Origin: Antedon mediterranea
Taxonomy: Eukaryota > Animalia > Echinodermata
Direction of reading: 5' to 3'
Assembly: GCF_964355755.1 (NCBI RefSeq)
Contig: NC_092673.1
Coordinates: forward strand, 9,548,001-9,612,000
Length of the DNA: 64,000 nucleotides
The notes under the pieces are model-generated. The model was not told the DNA's origin. It did not search any database and saw only the letters and a list, made by a program, of their open reading frames with translations. Position numbers and translations under genes: made by a program. Below, in pieces: positions 38,401-48,189 of the stretch. Every line of letters begins with the position of its first letter. Position 1 is the stretch's first letter.

Positions 38401-38626
38401 TATGCTTCACTGTATATAGATATACAGTATATACTGTACATATTGTATGACACATAATAGGTAGAACTCAGCACTATAAGTGTATATGCATCATGTCATA
38501 GGATGGCGTACATCAACTTTTAACGATCGTATGTTAACGTACATGCATGTTTAAAAAATGTTAATTTTATTAAAATGATAAAAATGATCACCTATAATTC
38601 GTCAAAGTGATGAATTAAATTCTAGT
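35438..38626 (+). mobile_element. HINE/Helitron-like element (outer copy)
   Basis: 5' AGGTGATCATTT...AAATGATCACCT IR and (ATT)n; 3' AAATGATCACCT + AATTCGTCA-AAG-TGATGAATT hairpin + CTAGT. Confidence 0.72.
35511..37103 (+). mobile_element. HINE/Helitron-like element (inner copy, complete)
   Basis: T-run, GGTTATCCGC...GGATAACC IR, (TCA/TTC) microsatellite; 3' GCGGATAACC + AACTCGTCA-AAG-TGACGAGTT + CTAGT. Further ends at 3700-3752, 25720-25752 (minus) and 42088-42170. Confidence 0.75.
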
Positions 38627-40342
38627 TATCTTTTATGCTTGTAAATAAATGTTACGAAACTAGTGTCAGCTTTTTAAATAATCTCCCGCTTTTTAGCTTC
38701 TAAAAGGCACAGCATGCATTTATACATCTTACTTCTGGGACGTCGACCTTGTATTCCAAAATGACAGTCTTTTTACACGCGTTCAAGAATTCATCAATCT
38801 CTTCTTATCGTTGCGGCATGTTCTTTGATCGGCATATCAGTTACCGTTTATTACTGATACATCATTCTTGAGACGTTTTAGTGGGGACTCCACCCCCACT
38901 AAAACGTCTAAATAATACGTTATATAGGGGCCTCTGTTTTCGAGCTTTTCTCGAAAATAGAGACGGACCCCCTATATAATGTAATATTGAGACGGTTTAG
39001 TGGGGGTGTCTGTTAAACAGAGACCCCCTATATAACGTATTATTTAGACGTTTTAGTGGGGGGGGGGGGTGTCTCGGGTCTCTGGTCTCTGTTTTCGAGG
39101 TCTCTCTGTTTTCGAGACACCCGCATCACAACAGACTGAATCGAAAAGGACGACGTGGTAAGAAAATTACTTTTCAATTATAATATTATGTATTATGTTG
39201 TTAACTTGCTCATGATAATATAGTATATCGTTATTTTTGTTATTTCAGCAAAACTTCAACTCTACCTCTTAATCGGGCTGCTGCATGAGTTCATCGCGAA
39301 GATGTTGACCGGCTTCAGCGACGACGTGCAACTAGAACGCTCTTACACCTCTGGGACGAGTATCGCGCAGGCCAACGATCGGAGAGATCGCTCCTTACGC
39401 TGGATCGCGCGTTATATCAAATGATGTTCGCGATTTGTAGATGAGATAGATGTAAATATTGCTAATAAATAAAAGATTAAATAAATAGATAAATTAAATA
39501 ACGTCTGTAGATGTAAATAGAGGTAAACATTGTTAATAAATAAAATATTAAATACATAGATAAATTAAATAACGTTTGTAGATGTAAATAAAAAGGTTTC
39601 AATATTCAATTTGAATGATGAATGTAAACATTTGTATATGCGTTTTTGTTTAAAAAATAAAAGGATTGAATTGAAAAACAGTGTGAAACGAGTTTGTTTT
39701 GCATTACATTAACGTATCTATGTTTTGTTTTTAAATATATGTAAATATTTGTGTATATGTTTTTGTTTTGAAAATAAAAAGATTGAATGATCATTGACAA
39801 AAGTGTAAAGTGAGTTTGTATGTTATTTTTCCCGTCAGAAACAAATAGAATATTTACAAAATATAATGCTTATAAAAACATTTAAAAAAAAGTTAAACTA
39901 ATATTAATAACATATTGTTTTTACAATATTTATTTAAATATAATGATTATTATATAAAATCATTTTTAAATAAACACCTAAAAAACAATAGAGACTACAC
40001 TTCGATCTTTAATTAGAGCTTACAGTGTACAGTACTGCATTGAGCGGCGTTCCATAGAAATCGCCGGAAGTTCGATTTACCGGAAGCGCGACCGAGATGA
40101 TCCGATACCGGTTACTGCTAGTTGGATCTCTGCTAGTTACAATACTTAATACAATATTACCAATTATATTATTTTTAGTTATCTTAGTTACGGTAGGTCT
40201 ATCTAGGCCTAGCTTAGTCTAGAGGCTTCTATAAGGCTAGGCCTAGGCCCTAGCATAGACTAGGCCTAGGCTAGTAGTAGGCTAGGGCCTAGGCCTAGGC
40301 TAAGCCTATTAATATTATTGCGGCGCCTAAATAATACCATAC

Positions 40343-40468
40343 CATTGAAAGGGTTTCCTGGCCTTTAAAACATTCCATCAAATTATGAACATTTTCTACT
40401 TTTCCTGGAAATTCAACACAAACTAGGCCTACGCCTATCGTTTTATTTGTCAACATTTCACGTTTCAT
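40343..40468 (-). CDS. GTF3C5: GTF3C5 (TFIIIC63/Tau95) coding exon 1
   Basis: Minus strand ATG at 40468 gives MKREMLTNKTIGVGLVCVEFPGKVENVHNLMECFKGQETLSM, matching the VCVEYPG N-terminal motif of GTF3C5. 126 nt, phase-0 donor GTATGG. Confidence 0.88.
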
Positions 40469-42711
40469 TTTGTTTGTTTTCTGGTGTGAGGCCTAGGCTA
40501 GTCATTTAATGTTAGAAAAAAGGATACCACCCCCATACCAAAATAATGTACAGCAGGTATATTCAGAGCGTCATTAATTCTGACGACTGGAGCATTCTCT
40601 ACGGAGCGCCATTTATGCCTTTATTAACTTCAATTGCTCAAGTGGACCCAATTTAGCACCAGGGTAGCACAGTGATATAAAATAGAAATTACTTTTAATA
40701 TCGTTTCGTATGTTAATACACTGTGCTCAAGTGGACCCAATTTGGAGCCAGTGGAGCACAGTGATATAAAATAGAAATAAAGTCACTCAATTTTAATATC
40801 TTTTCGTATGTTATACACTGTGCTCCAGTGGACCCAATTCAGTTTCAATATATTTTCGTATGTTAATACACTGTGCTCCAGTGGATCCAATTTGGCGCGG
40901 GTGGAGCACAGCGAAATAGTCACATACAAAAACATCGAGAAAAAATTCAAAAACCTTTCAAACTTAGTATATAATTGTTCAATATCGGTTACTCCATCCG
41001 TAATATGCAAAAGAAAAATTAGTTTCAAGCCATATCAGTGATTATAATAACTTGCGTTTTCTAAGATAAATACTTATTTAGTGTCCCTGGAAAGTGCACC
41101 TATTTATTGAAATATGAAATTAAATAATATTAAGTCCAGTACTAGCCCACCATGGTTGGGGCAGAGCTGGCTAATAATGAAAATAGAGCCAATTATAATT
41201 ATACTTACTACTATACATTAATTACCTATGATAATTACGATAATGTTAAAATTGACAGACTATTCAGACGCGACTTCAAAATGTTAGTTTTCTACTTTAA
41301 AAACTCGACATCGAAAGTGCGTCATAGTAACAGTCCTCTACCTTATTTGATTAACTTAATCAACGAATTTAATTTGTGAGTTGCGCCCTTCGATCCTTTT
41401 TTTTTGTTTTGTTTTTTGTTGTTTTTTTAAAATTGTAATCACTTATTTTAATGTTATCATGAAATGCAATTCAGCTTGGGACGCATACGTCCCTATATGC
41501 TGCTATATTTTATGATTTTTTTTTTGTAAATTTGTTGTTTTCATTTTTGAATAAAGATATACCAGTCAATAATAGTATATGCCTAAGGCCTTGTCCGGCG
41601 GCGGAATTAGTCTAATCTTCGAAATTTGTCTAGAAATCCGCATATTTGCAAATGTTCTATATTTTGATCTTATTTCACTCTCTATTAACCCCATACAAAA
41701 ACCATCGGAGACAAACTATCTGTTCTAAACATGTTAATTCTGGAGCGGTTCGGCCACTCACACCAACCACCATAAACGCAGAGAAGTAGAGAGTGATCCA
41801 TCGTCAGAACATACGTACCTCCATGGTCAGAATGACGCTCTCTGTTACGTCTCTGCGCCCCAGCGTTGCCAGCTATAAAATTTAAATTATGCCGTAGCCT
41901 GTCTCAAATAATGGCAGATTGAAATATGTTCGGAAATATCATAAAAATATATTAATGTCTTCAAGACCTCAGCCCCACCATGGTTGGAAAATTTTGAAAA
42001 ATAGAGCCATATCCAAAAATGGCACTTATAACTTAAAATAGGAAATAAAAATGTATATTAGTGTCTCTAAGACCTCAGCACAAACATTTTTTTGGTTATC
42101 CGCACTTGGCAGATAACCCCTTGTTATTGTCAGGATCTTTTTTTCTTATCTTTTCTTATTCTTCTTTCTTTCCACGAATTTTGTTTGCGCGTGTATCTCT
42201 AAATCTTCTCAACATAACATTGTATAACTATATCAGAAGATTGACCTCTATCTGAAGATAAGGTTTTCGGTGCAGTCCAAGTTGCGCCGCACGTAACATA
42301 CGCATGATATACGATTTTTAAAAATTTATCTTTAGTTCAGGACCAAAAGACATTTGTTTTTAAAACTTAAGAAAATGATAATTCATATCAAGAGTCAAAT
42401 TTCTATGGAGTAAAAATGGAGTGTTGCACGCAAAATTACGCGAAAAATTATGCGAAAAATCAAATCAAAGTGCTCTAGTAGGCCTAACTATCGTTCCGAT
42501 TTTCTCAGCTATACTAGCTGGGGTTCGAATCTGTATGCATTTTTTAAATAAATTTAAAATGTTTTTCTTTTATTTTGAAAGAGAGATATTTAGAGAGTCC
42601 AGTTAATTTAGGATAATAAATGTAAAAGAGTAACAACAACATTCAACAGTGTGGCGCCGCGAATGACTAACAATTTAATGTTAGAAAAAAGGGATATCGA
42701 AAGCCAAAAAA

Positions 42712-42958
42712 AATGATGGTGTGCTCCCTTGCCTCTAGCACGGTAAGGCCCTCTCACAGCATTGGGGGTACCACACATCAGATGCGTTGATGTTATTGCC
42801 TCATGATGTGTGGTGGATGGAAAGGGGGACGTTTAAATCTGTGAACTCCAAACACAGAAGCTCGCATAGCTTTAACTCTTTTCCACCGACCGGCATGGGG
42901 TTTAAACCCACGATAACCGTGTTCCACGACGCTCTACCGACTGAGCTATCCGGCCCTC
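42712..42958 (-). mobile_element. tRNA-derived SINE (different family)
   Basis: Minus strand GGCCGGATAGCTCAGTCGGTAGAGCG (A box)...GTGGGTTTAAACCCCA (degenerate B box), then ~170 bp of unique body. Confidence 0.65.
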
Positions 42959-43871
42959 TGGTTTAAAGCAAGGTTAAAACTAAATTCGTTTCCTCAAAAT
43001 TATCTCATAAATATGCAAACTTATGACGTAACGACTAGAATGACGTAATATGAAGAGCGTATAAGACTATACTATTGTCAACTTTCATTATTAATGTACA
43101 TTGTGGCATAACGGGTAGTGCTCTAGTAACTATCGTTTGGATTCTCTCAGCTCTACTAGCTGGGGTTCAAATCTCTACGGATTTCTTTTTTTTCAAAATA
43201 AATATAAAATTGTTTTTATTTTATTTGAATGAGAGATATTTAGAGACTCAAGTTAATTTAAGATAATATAATGTAAAAGATTAACAACATAAAAATTCAA
43301 CAGTGTTGTGTGTTGACCGCCGCGAATGACTAACAATTTATTGTAAGAAAAAAGGGAATTATATTTCTCTTGTTACGTGTTTAGAAAATTTGTATATCTT
43401 ATCGTAGTTTGGTATGTCGGTGTTGTTATGCAAATGAGTTTGTGCAGGTGTAGTAGGCAACACGCCACACTGTTAAATTTAGATTTTTTTGCTAAACATA
43501 ACATTTACAACATCAAAAATCAGGTGGCAAAAGCCACAGAAAAATAATAGATGTTATGGTGGGCTCTCCCTGTCTCAGCACTATGGTCAATTGAAGCCAA
43601 ATGTGCTCCTTCATTTGTACTCTTGGGTGGGCTTCTTTTCCAAATTAGTTTCCGCCTGGAAAATGTTTTATTTACATGATTTGAACAATCTTCTAAAATA
43701 AAGATTAACAACATCAAACAGTGTGGCGTGTTGACCGCGAATGACTAATAATACCTACACCTGCACAAACTCATTTAAAACTGTTTAAAATAGAGCTGCA
43801 AGGTCCCCGGAAATGACATCTATTATTTTTTCAAACAACATGTATAAGAATCTTCAGTACCCCACCATGCT

Positions 43872-45680
43872 TCAGTTTAGCTGTATCATCCCCTGTCGGA
43901 TGTAGCCCTCCTCATGCTTCTGCCAATCCCATCTGTTCTGCGCTATCCTCGCCCACGTGGTGCCTGCATACTTTGTAATGTCGTCCTTCCATCGCCGTTT
44001 CTGCCTTCCCCTTTTTCTTGTGCCGATTCTTGGTTGCCAGTCTGTCATACGTTTTGTCCACCTGTTGTCATCCCTTCTTGCAAGGTGTCCCGCCCAACGC
44101 CATTTTGCTTCTTTTATTTTGTTCATTATATCTTTGACTTTAGTCAATTTCTTTATTACTGTGTTTCTGATTTTGTCCCTAATTGTCACTCCAAGCATCT
44201 GCCTTTCCATAGCTCCTTGTGCAGTGGTTAGTTTTTGTTCCAAAAATGTTGTTGTTATCTGAGTTTCACTACCATAAGTCATTGTAGGGAGCACACACTG
44301 GTTGAAAACTCTTCTCCTGTAAACTATTGGGATTTTCTTGTCGCAAAGGATTTCTCTATATCTGCCAAAGCAGCTCCATCCCGCCTTTTTGATGAGAATT
44401 TCGTCTCTTGTGTTGTCAGCCATTTTCACTGTTTGGCCCAGGTACTTGCAGCTATCAACTTGTTCGATCCTATCATTTTCAATTTCTATGGACTCGTCGT
44501 TATGGAAGTTTGTCATGTACTTTGTCTTTCCTTTGTGTATTTTCAAACCAATCTTCTTGCTCTCTCTGTTCAGATAATTTAACTGTTCCTCCATGTATTT
44601 GACTGTTTCGGTTGTCAAAGCAACGTCATCTGCAAATCTAAGGTCAGTTAAACTCTCTCCATCAATGTTGACGCCATGTCTTTCCAGGTTCAAATGTTTG
44701 AAAATTTCTTCCTCTATGGCTGTGGTGAATATTTTTGGAGATATTGTGTCCCCTTGTCTGACACCTCTGTTTATGTGGATGGGTTTAGATACATCTTTGT
44801 CAAGGTGTATTGTTGCAGTGGCATCTGTATAAATGTCTTCAATTATCTGAACATAGCCTTCATTTACTCCAGTTTTCCTCAGGGCTCTAAACAGATCAGC
44901 ATGTTCTACTGAGTCGAATGCCTTCTCGTAGTCTATGAAGCCTACGCATAGATGCAGTTGGTATTCATTTGACTTCTCTATTAGTTGGTTTAGAGAATGT
45001 AGATGGTCTGTTTGTTGAGAATTCCTGCCTGAATCTCTTGGTTGGTTTTCATCGAGGATTTGTTTTAGTCTGTTTTGAATTATCCTTGTGAATATCTTGT
45101 ATGCATGTGATAAAAGACTGATTGGTCTATAGTTCTTGATATCGGCTTTGTCTCCCTTCTTGTGTAATATTATGATTTTTGCCTCTTTCCATTTCACTGG
45201 TATTCTCTTTTCTCTCAGGTTATGATTGTACAGTTTGACAAGGTTTATGTTTATCTCATCCCCTCCTATCTTAAATATATCGCTGTCTAAGTCATCTAAG
45301 CCTGGTGCTTTATTATCTTTCATCTGTTTGATGGCCATTTCCACTTCCCTAGCTGTTATTTTTGGAAGTTCTGTTTCATCTACAGATTTATTCTTGATCT
45401 CCAATTGTGGTTTCTGTCTTGGTTGAGTTGTACAGATCTTGATAAAAGTCTGCGCATATGTTTAGGATTTCCTTTCTATCTGTGGTTAAATTACCATCTT
45501 TCTTCCTCATTTGGTTAATTCTAGTTTTCTTACTGTTCAGTTTTGTGATCTGTTTTGGTCCTTTTCCACTGCCTGCTTCTAGTTCTTCTCATCTTTCTCA
45601 CTGTTTTTACTAACTCTGTATATTCTATTCGTTGTGATGTTGATTTTTTTTAAAATTTCTGTAAGTTCTTTTCTTTTGCG
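43872..45680 (-). mobile_element. 5'-truncated RTE-clade LINE (RT domain)
   Basis: 510-aa ORF KAPGLD, YRPISLLSH, FIDYEKAFDSV, GVRQGDTISP, LRFADD, KWRWAGH, RGRQKRRW; degenerate coding sequence continues upstream. Confidence 0.93.
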
Positions 45681-47704
45681 AAGAAGCGATACGGAGTATG
45701 AAACTAAATAAAGCGCCCGGTAGGCCTACCGATGGTCTCACGGTAGAATTCTATCAGACATTATGGCCCAAGATTGGCTTATTAGTCTGCAATGCTCTCA
45801 ATCTATGTTTAAAGCGTATAAACGCAAACGCATTCTATATGATCCTCGTATACAAAAAATGCTAGATTACCATGCAAGAAATTATTCATTCCATTGCGAT
45901 TAACAATATATTTAATTTTATAATACCTTCACTGTGCTTTGACAAGTGTGTAATTTATGTGGTCTTAATGTATTATATTAGATTATAATTTTTTATATTA
46001 AATAATGTTTTTGAACACATTTACGGCCGCCATCATGTTGGTACGCACATTGTAGTTCGCAATCCAGCCTTCGGCTATATAACATAATTGGAAATCACTT
46101 TTCAGTCTGGAGTACGCCCTCTAGCCTTCGGCTTATTATATCTCTCTTGGAATCACTTTTCAGTCTGGAGTACGTCCTCTAGACTTGGCTTATTACACCT
46201 CTCTGGAAGAATCCGGGACGATTTGGCCCACTTTTGGTGAGACGAGTCGGGCCACTTTTGGGCCGAAACGTCTCACTTTAGACCAAATTCATATGCATTT
46301 TTTTGGGTAGTTATTAAGTTTTTAAAGGTGTTTAACAATCCGTATTTTATTGATATTGGCAATGTTGATATAATATATAAAATTAATTACTAAAAAAACG
46401 TAAAAAAAAACACGTAATTTTATATTCAATTTATTTATTTTTTATTTTTGTCTTGTGTGGGTTCGTCCCACTTTTATTATGCTCAGTTATAAGTATAACA
46501 ATAAATATGTATACATGTGTGTACATTTAAATATTATTTTTAAACATATTGTTTTTTCGCGGCTAATTTATATGATATATTGTTAAAAGCAGGTACCATA
46601 AATTGATATAGTTTACATTATATATACATAAGATTATTGATTTTGATGTTAAAATCCACATTTTCCTTCAGTTACATTTAAAAAAAATAATATTAATTAA
46701 AATATATAAATGACAATAAAAAGATGATAAAAATTGATTAAAAACGTAGTTATGACAGTAGACATTATTTATATTGAGCTATAATAATAGTAGCACATAA
46801 TTATACTCATTTTCAATTAAATGCTTTACTTCAGTAATAAAGAGATTCAGAACATGTTTTGGGAGCTCTTCATTTCAATTACGTTTGAAATTTAATAATA
46901 ATTAAGTAACAAATCAAGTAATAAAACTAAGTGTATTTTTTTTGTAAACCATTTTATTTCCATTTCGTCTCGTATAATATTATCTATAATTAATATGGTA
47001 GCATACCGGTATACGCTATAAATTTACATTTGATATACAGACTTGTTGTATACTTGTGGATTTGGTTTTCATAAATAAATATGCACGAGATTCGCCATTG
47101 AATGAGTATACGTACTTAACCAAAATATAAAAGTAATACATAAGTCTACTGGACTTTCTGAAAGGCTGAAAACGTCTGTTAACAAACATATAAAAAACAC
47201 AATACTGCAAGTTTAAAATAAAGTTAACATTCACACAAAAAATAAATAAAACAACGATTTTTATTTCCTTTATAGTATTTACTTTTTTATATGGAAATAT
47301 TTTCTAAAAAAGGCTGAAAGTGATCTAAATCAATATAGTATATTGTACATAATCTATATATTAATGCTACTAAGTTTTTCGCGTATTTTACGTATCTTCT
47401 CCAAAAACCAGTGAACGGTATGTGCTCACATTTGGCACACTAATGTGTATTGATGGGCCGCACACGATAGGCTATGTCACTTTCCTGAATTTGAAGGATA
47501 AACACTAAAAAAGGCAAAAAATAGCAGTAACTTGACCACGTTTCGCGAGTTGTTACGTCACGTATCAACTACACAACCTTCTCCGTTGTGTACCGCAATG
47601 GCCTTATCTACAAAGACCATGTCGAACAACCAAATTAAAACGGTGCAAAATTGAGAATGAGAAAAGATGGAGAAGCAGGAAGCCCAAAACGGAAAAATAC
47701 CAAA

Positions 47705-48033
47705 TGTCACAAGTCACATAAGTTTTGTATTTATTTTGCAAGTCATTCTTACTTTTCCTTTTGTTTTCATTATTTGAACCTTTCTTTTGTTTTAGGAAAC
47801 TATTGTTTGAAGCCAGTGGAGCAGAGTGTTTGTGTGCAGAGAAGGAGTGTGTGGAGGTTTTTTTTTTTTTTGGGGGGGGGGGGGTTGGATTATAAGAGAA
47901 AGAATTGTTTGTCAAAGATTATTAAAGTTACTTTTTACATGTATATGTGTACAGTTGTGGCTATTTACCGTTGTTTACCGGTGGTTACCAGGAATTACAT
48001 GTCCGAAAGAGCCGTAGTTGCGGCTGTGTTACA
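47705..48033 (+). repeat. 5' LTR, internally deleted (329 bp)
   Basis: Matches 56018-56172 joined directly to about 57227-57402. Confidence 0.92.
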
Positions 48034-48037
48034 TTTA

Positions 48038-48055
48038 TGGGGGCTCATCCGGGAA
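48038..48055 (+). promoter_or_regulatory. Primer-binding site, tRNA-Pro
   Basis: TGGGGGCTCATCCGGGAA, compared with the canonical Pro PBS TGGGGGCTCGTCCGGGAT, 4 nt after the LTR end. Confidence 0.85.
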
Positions 48056-48189
48056 CGATTTGTAACCTAGCGTGAACATTGGTAGATGAAACAATTGTAC
48101 GTGATTCTTGGATTGTCTATTTGCCATATTATTGATATACTGTATTTATATTGGATACCTATATATAAATATATTTTTTTTCTTAAGAA

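Larger units (their letters stand above)
34032..39123. mobile_element. Foldback/MULE-like element with TCGAAAACAGAGACC modular terminal repeats
   Basis: Direct and inverted arrays of CTCGAAAACAGAGACC and CCCCCACTAAAACGTCT at 34032-34165, 35100-35205 and 38870-39123; CACAACAG present at both junctions. Confidence 0.7.
33506..40108 (+). mobile_element. MULE (Mutator-like) remnant hosting nested insertions
   Basis: Terminal IR GATCATCTCGGTCGCG / CGCGACCGAGATGATC; flanking GGTTACTG duplication; split transposase RTNNDLEG|HNRLNRKGRR, GT-AG intron, then KLQLYLLIGLLHE...LWDEYRAGQRSERSLL. Confidence 0.8.

Noticed and set aside
43914-45426. Plus-strand ORFs over the RTE, and similar antisense ORFs over the CR1 and the second RTE
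   Set aside because: Shadow frames of LINE coding sequence with no recognisable motifs.
46005-46040. ATGATGGCGGCC as the GTF3C5 start
   Set aside because: The frame stops after 12 codons and a homologous first coding exon exists at 40343-40468.
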